Source: Phycisphaerae bacterium (GTDB taxonomy: Bacteria; Planctomycetota; Phycisphaerae; UBA1845). Taken from it: a stretch of 63,721 nucleotides of DNA. The stretch is from assembly GCA_036477795.1 (NCBI GenBank), contig JAZGDL010000435.1, positions 1 through 63,721 on the forward strand. The letters are read 5' to 3'. The notes under the pieces were generated by a model, which was given only the letters and a program-made list of their open reading frames with translations, was not told where the DNA came from and ran no database searches. Position numbers and translations under genes: made by a program. Shown here in pieces: positions 48,116-57,256 of this stretch (the stretch's first letter is position 1; each line of letters opens with the position of its first letter).

Positions 48116-50803
48116 ATGATGCGGTCCTTTCAAAAACCGCCCACTCAACAAGAGCCGTCGCCCTCGTCGAAGTCGATCAGGGTCGAGAGGGTTATTGAGG
48201 CAGCGCTGCGCGAGCGAAAGGCGGGCACCCCGATCGACGAGGCCGCCGTCATATCGCAACATCCCGAACTCATGACCGAGCTGGGCGAAGAACTCGCCAA
48301 GCTGCGCCACATTGATGCAGCCGCAGACTACGTGAAGCAGCATCCGATCTCTCCGGGCGGCCAAAACGGCGACAACATCGAATTCGATGACGCTCTGAAT
48401 TACCTGACCGAAACGCTCACCGGCTATGAGGTCCTTGAACGAATCCACTACGGTGGTCAGGGGGTGGTCTATAAGGCCGAACAACGATGCACCGGCCGGT
48501 CGGTTGCGATCAAGGTCTTGCTTCAGGGGCCGTTCGCGTCCCAGAGACAGCGCCTCCGCTTTGAGCGCGAAGTAGCGCTGGTCTCGCGCCTGCGACATCC
48601 AAACATCGTCACGGTGTTCGAAAGCGGGAGCGTGCGAGGCAGACCCTATTTCGCCATGGAGCACGTGGAAGGGTTGCCGATCGACGATTACTTTCTGCTC
48701 CACAGTACGCCGGCCCGGGATCGCATCAAGCTCTTTGCAACCGTGTGCCGGGGTGTCGCTCATGCCCACCAACGCGGGGTAATCCATCGCGATCTGAAAC
48801 CCGACAACATCTTGGTGGAGCCCGATGGTGGGCCAAAGATCCTGGACTTTGGTCTGGCCAAAGACTTTCTCACCCCAGACACGAAAACCGTGTCTGTCGA
48901 TGGGCAGATCGTCGGCACGCTTCCCTATCTGAGTCCGGAACAAGCCGACGGCCGCAACGACGATGTCGATACGCGAACGGACATCTACTCACTAGGTGTG
49001 GTCTTGTTCGAAGTCTTGACGGGCGGATTCCCATATCCGGTTACCGGTGACCCGAAGACGGTTCGCTCCAATATCATCTCCCGCGAGCCCGTCCGGCTGC
49101 GCAAAGTGCTGCAAGAAGCCGATCCCGACGAACCTATAAAACCCGGCGACATCGGTGCCGACCTTGAGGCCATCGTCCGCAAAGCGTTGGAGAAAGAACC
49201 CAGGCTTCGCTACCAGTCGGCCGCAGAATTCGCGGAAGACCTCGAACGGTACCTGGCTGGCGAACCGGTAGCGGCCAAGGGCGCCGGCGGATTCTATGTC
49301 CTACGCAAGGCCATCCGCCGACACCGCGTATCTGTGGTTTTAGCCGCAGCATTCCTACTCCTCGTAGGCGCATTCATTGGGGCAATCCTCAATGTAACGC
49401 TACAGCGTGACGCCGCACAAGCCACGGGCGCATTGCGAGAGCACCTCGCACGGAACTGGGACACCGATCTCGTGCATGAACTACACGCCAACATGATCAA
49501 CTCCAATCGCCTGGCCGAAATCGCTGAAATGCCGCCCGAACTCGTGAAGGCCTATCTGGCCCGCTACCAGGGCGCGCCGATAGAACCGTTTGAGGATTTC
49601 AGGGACTTGGTGGTCGATAAGCCTGAGAATCTTCTCGAAGCAATTCGTGATCCGGAGCATCAAGAGTTCAAGGAGGCAGGCAACTGGCTCCAGCAAGTAG
49701 AGCCGCGCCTGGAAAGCGTCTCTGAAACGCTCAAAACCACGACGGTTTCCTTCGGCCCAGGAGAACACGCGGGATTCACATGGGTTGCGACCGCGTATTC
49801 TAAACTTATCGCGAGCGAAGTTGTGAATACGCTGGTGGCCCGGGCATATTGGCTCCATGCCTCGGGCGAGGACCAATGGGCGCTGGAAAGCCTTAGCGCC
49901 GCCCGGCGACTGGCACAAGACTTGGGTGACGGCGTGACGCTGGTGCACAAACGATGGTCAATCATGTTGCGGGCACAGACTTACGTGTGTCTCCGACTCA
50001 TGTTGACCGACGCGATCCGAGACGCCGAACCGATCGGAGGATTAGTCGAGTGGTTACGCTCGGACCCAGTCCTTGTCAGCTTGTCCTCGGGTCTTCGGGT
50101 TGAAACGGTATTCATGTCCCAGTTTGTAATCGCTGCCTTCGAATCGGACTCCTCAGATGGATCTCAGTATCTCAATCTGGACACTCTCAGCGACGTTTCC
50201 GGCGGCGTTCTCGGCGAGTTCACTTATGAACATCGGAGGTTCGCGCTGCGGATGACACCTGGCCACGTTGGTAGCGTGTTCGATATATTTCGATCATCGG
50301 CTCAAGGATGGGAAGAGATGGGGCTTGCTGAACTGGATCGATCATTGAGCGAGTGGGGCGAATGGTATACTACGAACGCAGCACAGGATCCCGTCGTCTT
50401 GCTGCTTCCCCAGTCTGGCGGCGCCTATCGTGGACGACTGGTCACGGCGGCAATGCGCCGCGCCTTGCGTTTGGTGGCATTCACGGCTCAACACTATGAG
50501 CGAGAGCGAAGATGGGCGGATCGGTTGATTGATGCGATTCCGGGCGAGTACCACGACGAGATGATCGATCCGATAACGGGAAGGAACTTCGTTTACGACA
50601 TCATTGATATGATCCCGAGACTGCGATCGAGTACGATCTCCGGACTTGGCGAACATTCCATGAGGTTGACAAACAGATTTGTGGGAGCGCTGGACGAGGA
50701 TGGTCGGCTGACGTACTTCCCGGCATCAGGGCGGGGACAGTGCAGCCGAACAGTCCTCAAACCAGCGGCCTTTTTCTTGGCGGCGGAATCAACCGACGAT
50801 TAA
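48116..50803 (+). CDS. Transmembrane Ser/Thr protein kinase with a large extracytoplasmic domain
   Basis: GGQGVVYKA...VAIKVL, HRDLKPDNILV, DFGLAK, GTLPYLSPEQ. One TM segment (VVLAAAFLLLVGAFIGAIL), then about 470 aa of unassigned domain. The start is 26 nt after the sigma gene stop. Confidence 0.9.
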   Translation: MMRSFQKPPTQQEPSPSSKSIRVERVIEAALRERKAGTPIDEAAVISQHPELMTELGEELAKLRHIDAAADYVKQHPISPGGQNGDNIEFDDALNYLTETLTGYEVLERIHYGGQGVVYKAEQRCTGRSVAIKVLLQGPFASQRQRLRFEREVALVSRLRHPNIVTVFESGSVRGRPYFAMEHVEGLPIDDYFLLHSTPARDRIKLFATVCRGVAHAHQRGVIHRDLKPDNILVEPDGGPKILDFGLAKDFLTPDTKTVSVDGQIVGTLPYLSPEQADGRNDDVDTRTDIYSLGVVLFEVLTGGFPYPVTGDPKTVRSNIISREPVRLRKVLQEADPDEPIKPGDIGADLEAIVRKALEKEPRLRYQSAAEFAEDLERYLAGEPVAAKGAGGFYVLRKAIRRHRVSVVLAAAFLLLVGAFIGAILNVTLQRDAAQATGALREHLARNWDTDLVHELHANMINSNRLAEIAEMPPELVKAYLARYQGAPIEPFEDFRDLVVDKPENLLEAIRDPEHQEFKEAGNWLQQVEPRLESVSETLKTTTVSFGPGEHAGFTWVATAYSKLIASEVVNTLVARAYWLHASGEDQWALESLSAARRLAQDLGDGVTLVHKRWSIMLRAQTYVCLRLMLTDAIRDAEPIGGLVEWLRSDPVLVSLSSGLRVETVFMSQFVIAAFESDSSDGSQYLNLDTLSDVSGGVLGEFTYEHRRFALRMTPGHVGSVFDIFRSSAQGWEEMGLAELDRSLSEWGEWYTTNAAQDPVVLLLPQSGGAYRGRLVTAAMRRALRLVAFTAQHYERERRWADRLIDAIPGEYHDEMIDPITGRNFVYDIIDMIPRLRSSTISGLGEHSMRLTNRFVGALDEDGRLTYFPASGRGQCSRTVLKPAAFFLAAESTDD

Positions 50804-51178
50804 GCAGTCTGCCGTAGCGCAGGGACAGTTGGTCTGGGTCGATCCCGAGGGACAAGTTCCTGGCGCGGTTATACAGTCTCCGACGAAGTCATCACAGCAA
50901 CAAACGCCTACCGGCGTGCCCCCACCGGTCGCGGCGAATCGCTCTCCGTTGAAGTCCACGGCATCACACGTGCCGTTTTCGGCCATCTCTTCAAGCGCCC
51001 CAACGTCCGCTTGGTCGGGAAGGTTGCCATCCACTAATTCACTTGGTGAATAGTTCCATGTGATGGCCGGAGCTTGCGGATCTTTCCGTTGCTCCCCACC
51101 AATGTTGAGTCCAGCGACGGTGCCCGCACTTACCAAGGCGGTAGCCATCATCGTTCCGACAATTTTCGTGCTGCGCAT
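50789..51178 (-). CDS. Small secreted Cys-rich protein
   Basis: AAGGAG lies 8 nt upstream of the ATG at 51178. Signal peptide MRSTKIVGTMMATALVSAGTVAG. The C-terminus is GVCCCDDFVGDCITAPGTCPSGSTQTNCPCATADC. The longest ORF extends to 51316. Confidence 0.5.
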   Translation of the reverse strand: MRSTKIVGTMMATALVSAGTVAGLNIGGEQRKDPQAPAITWNYSPSELVDGNLPDQADVGALEEMAENGTCDAVDFNGERFAATGGGTPVGVCCCDDFVGDCITAPGTCPSGSTQTNCPCATADCLIVG

Positions 51179-51783
51179 TAGAACATCTCCTTTTGGTACT
51201 GCTGTCTTCGTGGCTCGGCGTGCGCGCACACTCTGCGCGCATCTCTGGGCACCGAGCCCAACGTCCTTGTGTTGGTGCAACGTTGAGAAGTGGAACGGCG
51301 CGGCGAACGTCGCCACTCCATTCCCGAGAACCGGTCTCGCCTATTTCGCCATCGATGGCGGGGTCACTGAGGCCCCACTAATTCAAACGACGTGCATGCC
51401 CGAGGCGCACACCCCAACTTTGAGATTTTCGAGATCACGCAGAGTGAACGACGGAAGGTAAACGTGGTTTCGTCAGGCCTGGGCGGTGCCTTCTGGGTCG
51501 TGCGTTGCGTTGCTTCGCGTAACCCATCCAGCCAGCGTCACGAGAAGAAGTTGCCATGGTTGGAGCACGTTCATAAGCGCGATTCTCCAGCGCTATATGC
51601 TCGAGTTGTAACTTGTGGCGGGCAAGCGACTTAGGGGGGGTCTGCGACACTTCCGGCAGCCTCTTGATATCCGCCAAGCCCCGCTTACGGGGCACCAAAC
51701 ACAGCATCTCCCAATACTTACAGAGACGCTCGGCATGGGTCCTTCAGGAATTCCTCTTCTGAAAAAAAACCTGAAAAAACGCT

Positions 51784-51822
51784 TGACGTTCGGACATTGT
51801 TAGGTTATATTGTACCTAACAG
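51784..51822 (+). promoter_or_regulatory. Near-consensus sigma-70-like promoter overlapped by an 8-N8-8 palindrome
   Basis: TTGACG (51784-51789), a 17-nt spacer, then TATATT (51807-51812). A-tracts lie just upstream (51761-51780). TGTTAGGT (51799-51806) and ACCTAACA (51815-51822) flank the -10 element. The site is 224 nt upstream of lexA. Confidence 0.4.
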
Positions 51823-52045
51823 CAGCCGAATAGCCTGGGACGGCACGGCTAGACGCGGCGCCTCCGCGAACGGTGGCTGGCTTCTGCCGGCTGTGGCCGC
51901 CTGCAGCGCCGGCAGACAATAGTGAATGAAACGCGAATGGTTTTGTGTTGAGCGGCGTGCTATAGTGTGTTATCGGCCCCGGGGGCGAATTCCGGACCGC
52001 GTGGCCTCCGGGGTCGTCTCTTGACTAGACCGCAGGAGTCTTTTC

Positions 52046-52702
52046 ATGCCCAAGTCTAAAACCGTCATGTCCAAGCCTAAAACGCGCCCGCCCGCCCGCC
52101 GTCTGACGCCCAGACAACTCGATATCCTGACCTTCATTCGCAACTTCCAGCGTAGCCACGGTTATTCTCCAACGATGCAGGAGCTCGCCGACGAGTTGGG
52201 TATCACCAAGGTCACCGTATTCGAGCACGTCGAAGCCCTCATCGCCAAAGGGCTACTTCGTCGGACCCGGCACAAGGCCCGTTCCTTGGAGCTTAGCCCC
52301 TCCGCGGAGTTTCCTGATGAACGGCCGACCCTCATACCCCTGGCCGGCCGCATTGCCGCCGGTTTGCCGGTCGATGCCATTGAAAACGCGGAGTCCGTCG
52401 ACCTGGAGACCCTTTTTGAAACCCGTCACCGCCGCTTTGTCCTTGAAGTTCAGGGCCAGAGCATGATCGACGAGCAAATTCGCGACGGAGACCTGGTGGT
52501 TGTGGAGGATCGCCCCAACGTTCGTGATGGTGATACCGTGGTGGCGGTCCTGCCAACCGGAGAAGCCACGCTGAAGCAGTTCTTTCGGGAAGGTGATCGC
52601 GTGCGGCTTCAACCGGCCAACCCCGATTTCGAGCCGATCCTTGTCGACGAAAACGACCTCCAGGTTCAAGGCGTCGTGATCGGAGTCATTCGCCGTTACT
52701 AG
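52046..52702 (+). CDS. lexA: LexA repressor
   Basis: AGGAG RBS. Winged-helix segment LTPRQLDILTFIRNFQRSHGYSPTMQELADELGI. IPLAGRIAAGLP is present. S24 peptidase core: VQGQSMIDEQIRDGDLVVVE...VAVLPTGEATLKQF...LQPANPDFEPI. Confidence 0.95.
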   Translation: MPKSKTVMSKPKTRPPARRLTPRQLDILTFIRNFQRSHGYSPTMQELADELGITKVTVFEHVEALIAKGLLRRTRHKARSLELSPSAEFPDERPTLIPLAGRIAAGLPVDAIENAESVDLETLFETRHRRFVLEVQGQSMIDEQIRDGDLVVVEDRPNVRDGDTVVAVLPTGEATLKQFFREGDRVRLQPANPDFEPILVDENDLQVQGVVIGVIRRY

Positions 52703-52704
52703 AC

Positions 52705-52847
52705 GTACAGCGCAAGGTCACGCTGGACCGAGAATCCCTTCTCGGTCCCCCTTCCTGGCGGCCACGGGAAGGGATTCCCGCAACGGATGGGTGCGAGAAA
52801 GGATTCTCGCACCAGCACTTGTCGGCGACTTTGCGCTGTACTGCTAG
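52705..52847. repeat. Repeat element copy C: same termini as copies A and B, different hairpin-rich core
   Basis: GTACAGCGCAAGGTC (52705-52719) and GACTTTGCGCTGTAC (52827-52841) are inverted termini. The core holds three local hairpins (ACCGAGA/TCTCGGT, CCCTTCC/GGAAGGG, GTGCGAGAA/TTCTCGCAC). It starts 3 nt after the lexA stop. Confidence 0.7.
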
Positions 52848-52986
52848 CACGGCCTGCCGCTCGTCGCACTCCTCTCACGATGTGACCATGACCGTGCTTG
52901 CAGCCGGGATGTCAATGCTCGTATAATGGCGGTCATGGAGTCGGCAACCAGAGAATCTCTGGGCAGGAGAAGCGGAGGTTGTCAAG

Positions 52987-53592
52987 ATGCTAAGACGTTC
53001 ATTATTGGTCTTGTGTTTGGTGGCTTGCATGTCGGTCATCACGTCGGCCGAAGTGTTCGTCGAGTATTGGCCTGTTGGCGATGCGCCGAACGGCGTCAAC
53101 GATCCGATCGAAGCTGACATCAGCGCGGGCGATGTCAACATAACGCTGAACATTGGGCTGACCGCCCCGGGCGGAGAGACGCTAATGGTGGGAGCCGACT
53201 TCGTGTTCAGTTGGCCCGGAGGGTTTAGCATGACCAACTTCCAGTGGGATGAGGGCAACTTTAATACAGGGTTTACAGACAACACGCTTCCCGCGCCCGC
53301 GCTCGTCGCTCCTAAGCTCCGTCCTGCAACCATTCCCGTCGGCCCCGATCCGCAGTTGGCGCTCGCTACTGTGGACGTATCGATCGACGCATCGGTTTTG
53401 GCGGGTGACCACTTCATCACAGCGGGGAGCTTCGGAGACCAGGCGAACCCGACGATCAACGACTTCTTCGCTTCACCATTTGATATTGACCCGGGTAGCG
53501 GCTCGATTCCGTTCAACGTGATTCCCGAACCTGCGACCTTGGCGTTCCTCGTGTCAGGTGGGTTCATCGCCCTGCGTCGTCGTCGTTCGTAA
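52987..53592 (+). CDS. PEP-CTERM sorting-domain protein
   Basis: Signal peptide MLRRSLLVLCLVACMSVITSA. The C-terminus is VIPEPATLAFLVSGGFIALRRRRS (PEP motif, TM segment, Arg cluster). Confidence 0.85.
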   Translation: MLRRSLLVLCLVACMSVITSAEVFVEYWPVGDAPNGVNDPIEADISAGDVNITLNIGLTAPGGETLMVGADFVFSWPGGFSMTNFQWDEGNFNTGFTDNTLPAPALVAPKLRPATIPVGPDPQLALATVDVSIDASVLAGDHFITAGSFGDQANPTINDFFASPFDIDPGSGSIPFNVIPEPATLAFLVSGGFIALRRRRS

Positions 53593-53649
53593 GCCGCGGC
53601 GTGCCGGTCATGCCGATACTGAGAGCTTGGTTGGGGAGATACGGGAGAC

Positions 53650-54561
53650 GTGCCTGCGAACCAACAACACCGCGGCTTCACTCTTATCGAATTGCTGGTG
53701 GTTATCTCAATCATCGGGTTGCTCATGTCGATTCTGCTGCCTTCGCTGTCGAGAGCGCGCAAGCAGGCCCGCACTGTCCTTTGCCTTGCGCATCTCCGCG
53801 AGCTGTCTCACGGCTGGCACATGTACGCCGACGAAAACAACGATATTTCCCTGCCGGGGCGCTTTGCAAAAGAACCGGGAGGCACCTCAAACCCGGCCAA
53901 CTGGTACGACGTTGGAAACGGGTTGAAGTATCGTCCGCGATGGGTTGCAACGATGGGCAAGCAGGTGGGCGTTTTCGCATTCAATGAACCCAGCACCAGC
54001 GATGACCGACAGGACTACGACAGCAACGTATATCAGTGTCCGTCCGCCGCCGCGTGGATCGACGAGCGCAACTACGCCTATGGCTACAACCACCAATTCC
54101 TCGGCAACGCCCGCAAGACGAATGGCCGATTCCACAACTTCCCGATCAACCGATCGCGGATTCGCAGCTTCGCGGGCACGGTGCTGGGGGCCGATTGTAT
54201 GGGAACGGCTGCAGGGGTTCCGAGACGCGAACGCAGATCCTATTCCAATCAGGGGACTGACTTCACCGAGTTGGGGAATCACGGGTGGACGCTCGATCCT
54301 CCGCGGTTAACCGAGACATCCGATCGCGGCACCGGTGACGCCGGCAGCCCCCGGACAGCCGTGGACCCACGGCACCTGGGAAGAGCCAACGTCGTTTTCT
54401 GTGACGGCCATGCCGTGAGCTTGACGCCGGAGCAACTGGGTTATCGCACCCTGTCAGGCGGCGCCTACGTGGATCTGCAAGTCGTTGACGACCAGCCCAC
54501 CAACCGCCTGTTCAGCGGTTCGGGCCGCGACGACGACCCGCCCGACTTACCCGCCGCGTAG
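53650..54561 (+). CDS. DUF1559-type protein with a prepilin N-terminal methylation motif and an H-X9-DG motif
   Basis: GFTLIELLVVISIIGLLMSILLPSLSRARKQAR is at the N-terminus. NVVFCDGHAVSL lies near the C-terminus. GTG start. Confidence 0.9.
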   Translation: MPANQQHRGFTLIELLVVISIIGLLMSILLPSLSRARKQARTVLCLAHLRELSHGWHMYADENNDISLPGRFAKEPGGTSNPANWYDVGNGLKYRPRWVATMGKQVGVFAFNEPSTSDDRQDYDSNVYQCPSAAAWIDERNYAYGYNHQFLGNARKTNGRFHNFPINRSRIRSFAGTVLGADCMGTAAGVPRRERRSYSNQGTDFTELGNHGWTLDPPRLTETSDRGTGDAGSPRTAVDPRHLGRANVVFCDGHAVSLTPEQLGYRTLSGGAYVDLQVVDDQPTNRLFSGSGRDDDPPDLPAA

Positions 54562-54568
54562 TTAGCCC

Positions 54569-54756
54569 GGATTATTCTTACCGCAGAGATCGCAGAGCAT
54601 TATATGGTAAGAAGTTACGGCCGAAGTCTCGCTTGTCTCATTCCGATCCCGGCGCGCCAGGATTTGTTTCGGCCGCGCCGGTATTCCGCGCTGACCCCTC
54701 GGACTTCCCATCTTTTCCGTCTCTGCGGGCTCTGCGTGCTCCGCGGTGAATAATCC
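54569..54756. repeat. 188-bp element bounded by imperfect ~30-nt inverted repeats
   Basis: GGATTATTCTTACCGCAGAGATCGCAGAGC (54569-54598) versus the reverse complement of GCTCTGCGTGCTCCGCGGTGAATAATCC (54729-54756). It lies directly after the DUF1559 gene stop. Confidence 0.55.
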
Positions 54757-55026
54757 GCGTTAGTGTTCACTGCAAGTCAATGCCCGGGTGCCCCCACATG
54801 GCACAGATGAACAGTGGAATGCCCCACCACGCACCGGGGAAACGTGGCAATTGGGCGTTTGTTGCCCCCCGCCAGCGGTCGAACACTTGACTGATCTGGC
54901 GTAGTATGCCCCAATCCGAACACGGTCTAGTCCTGAACGACGGGGGAAAAATCCCAGGTTGCCAAAGCAGCGTTGCAGCCCGAGGAGCATGTTGGCGAAG
55001 GTAGGCGCGTCAGACGACGGTGGGGT

Positions 55027-57138
55027 ATGGGTTCGCACGATACGATCACACTGAGCCGATCCACGGATGTGCACACACCCGCGGTCGACGTCACCGTTCC
55101 GCGCGAACTGGGCCCCGTGCGACTTCTGCGGGAGATCGGACGCGGCGGAATGGGTGTCGTTTACGTGGGGCGGCATCAGATGCTCGATCGAGATGTCGCG
55201 GTCAAGTTCCTACTCAACGCCGTGGCCGGATCCGATGATCCCGGTTTTGCACGGTTCCTGGAAGGCGCCCGCGCCGCGGCGCGGCTGGAACATCCCGGGC
55301 TCACCACCATCCACCACGCCGACGTGGTTGATGGCATTCCATATCTGGTGATGCAGTACATCGACGGCCCCGCACTGAGCGACGTGTTGAAGCGAACGGG
55401 ACCGCTGAGCCTGCCGGCATTGTTCGCCGTTCTCGACGCGGTCTCGCAGGCTATCGGGGCGCTGCACGACCGCGAGATCGTTCACCGGGACATCAAGCCG
55501 AGCAACATGCTGCTGGACTGGGAGGGGCAGGTGTTCGTGACCGATTTCGGGTTGGCCTGTTCGCGCCCGCTGGGGCAGCGCGGGGAACCGTCCGCCGGGC
55601 TGGCTGGCACGCCCGCGTACATGGCTCCGGAGATGTTTGAAGAGACCATCTCGCCGCGCAGCGACGTCTATGCCTTGGGGATTACAGCCTTCGAGCTGCT
55701 AACCGGGGATCTGCCGTTCACCGGTACGCTCGAAGAGCTTCGCCAAAAACACCTCCATGAGCCGTTGCCGCTTGACCCGCTTCGGCGACGTCAGGTCGAT
55801 GCTGCGATCATCGAGGTGCTGGAGCGAGCCGCGCACAAAAATGCCATGTTCCGCTACAAGACCGCTGAGCATTTCGGAAAAGCCCTGAAAGCCGTCATCA
55901 CCACGGACGAGTTGCTACGGGAGGGCGTGGCCGAGCTGCAGAAGCTGAGAACCCGGTCGGTCGACAAAGAATCCGATGCGGCTACGACAGAAGCACCCGG
56001 GCATACGCCTACCAGCACGTACTTCGATCGCTTGTCCGAAATGGCCGACGAAAAGCGTGCCACGCGAGAGCTGCCGGACGAGGAGGACGCACCCAAACCC
56101 ACACAGGATGATCGCGCGCAGGCGCCCACGGTTTCACCCGACGACCGACCTGTCGGGCTCGGGTCGATTCCCGATCCACCTTCGGCGGAGCCCGCACGGG
56201 CTGCCGCCCTGGTCGCCGATGTGCCGTGCGCCAAGTGCGATTACAACCTGCGCGGGCTTGCCGCGGGCGGGGGGTGCCCTGAATGCGGCGAGGCAGTCGC
56301 TTCGAGTCTGCGGCCGGATCGGCTGTTGTTTGCGAATCCGAAGTGGCTTTCTACGATCGCGCTGGGACAAGCGCTCATCTTCGCCACCATGATTGCCATC
56401 CCAATATTCCCCGTCGTCGCGCTTGTGGTGTTTAGTATGCTACGACTGTCGGGCGTGGAATTCTTGCATCTGATGAGGTTACTCATGTCTGTGTTCGGGG
56501 CCATCGCCGGCGGTGGAATCGCGACGGGCGTGTTCATGTCGACGCGGCGTGAGCCGGCGCTGGCAGCGCCCAAACGCACACCCGTGACTGCTCGGATAGC
56601 TCGAGTGTGTGCGCTAGTGGGAATACCCGGAATCTTCGCAGGAACGACGGTGTCTTCATCTTCCGGTGCGGTTAGCGGTCCGAGTACGACGCTCATCCCC
56701 CTCGGCGAATTCGTACTACCCATAGGGCTCGCAGCCTGTGTGATCGGAGGCTTGAGCCTTCTACTGTATCTCAGGAAACTGGCGGAGCGAGTTCCCGATG
56801 CAAAACTGCTTCGTTCATCTCGGCAATTGGCTACGCTGCTGTGCGCCCTTGTGCCCCTAGGACTCGGTTCCCTGGCCTTGAGTGCGCGTTTCCCACCTGC
56901 CACCGCCTTCCCCGAGACTCGATTGATGTTTTGGCTTAAGACGGCAATCGTGGGCATCCCTGCTGTTCTAACTGCAGCGACGGTGTTGCTTTATTGGTGC
57001 CTGATGGTCGCCTATCGCCGGTCCATGAAACGGGTGATCGCCGTTGCCGTCTCCTACGACACCCTCTTTGGTGATATCCCGACCAAGACCGTGCTCCCGT
57101 GTGCTGAACATGGCATCACGGACGGCGCAGAATTGTAA
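55027..57138 (+). CDS. Ser/Thr protein kinase fused to a zinc-ribbon motif and a polytopic membrane domain
   Basis: GRGGMGVVYVG...VAVKFL, HRDIKPSNMLL, DFGLAC, GTPAYMAPE. Then CAKCDYNLRGLAAGGGCPECG and at least 6 hydrophobic segments. An alternative TTG start exists at 54973. Confidence 0.9.
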   Translation: MGSHDTITLSRSTDVHTPAVDVTVPRELGPVRLLREIGRGGMGVVYVGRHQMLDRDVAVKFLLNAVAGSDDPGFARFLEGARAAARLEHPGLTTIHHADVVDGIPYLVMQYIDGPALSDVLKRTGPLSLPALFAVLDAVSQAIGALHDREIVHRDIKPSNMLLDWEGQVFVTDFGLACSRPLGQRGEPSAGLAGTPAYMAPEMFEETISPRSDVYALGITAFELLTGDLPFTGTLEELRQKHLHEPLPLDPLRRRQVDAAIIEVLERAAHKNAMFRYKTAEHFGKALKAVITTDELLREGVAELQKLRTRSVDKESDAATTEAPGHTPTSTYFDRLSEMADEKRATRELPDEEDAPKPTQDDRAQAPTVSPDDRPVGLGSIPDPPSAEPARAAALVADVPCAKCDYNLRGLAAGGGCPECGEAVASSLRPDRLLFANPKWLSTIALGQALIFATMIAIPIFPVVALVVFSMLRLSGVEFLHLMRLLMSVFGAIAGGGIATGVFMSTRREPALAAPKRTPVTARIARVCALVGIPGIFAGTTVSSSSGAVSGPSTTLIPLGEFVLPIGLAACVIGGLSLLLYLRKLAERVPDAKLLRSSRQLATLLCALVPLGLGSLALSARFPPATAFPETRLMFWLKTAIVGIPAVLTAATVLLYWCLMVAYRRSMKRVIAVAVSYDTLFGDIPTKTVLPCAEHGITDGAEL

Positions 57139-57193
57139 AGCGTTCAGAAAGCCCCTCCTTGAGGCGCGCAAGCATCCAGCGGAGTAGGACGGG

Positions 57194-57229
57194 GGCGGGA
57201 CGGCTACGCTTGCGTGGATGCGTCCCGCC
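57194..57229. terminator. Hairpin between convergent genes (possible bidirectional terminator)
   Basis: GGCGGGACG (57194-57202) and CGTCCCGCC (57221-57229) form a 9-bp stem with an 18-nt loop. There is no U-tract. Confidence 0.3.
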
Positions 57230-57256
57230 GGGTGCACGCATGTCTGCACCGGTGCT

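Noticed and set aside
51392-51707. ORFs 51392-51634(+) and 51435-51707(-) in the long gap upstream of lexA
   Set aside because: They are mutually overlapping, have no RBS or motifs, and their composition is atypical for coding sequence here. The region is treated as non-coding.
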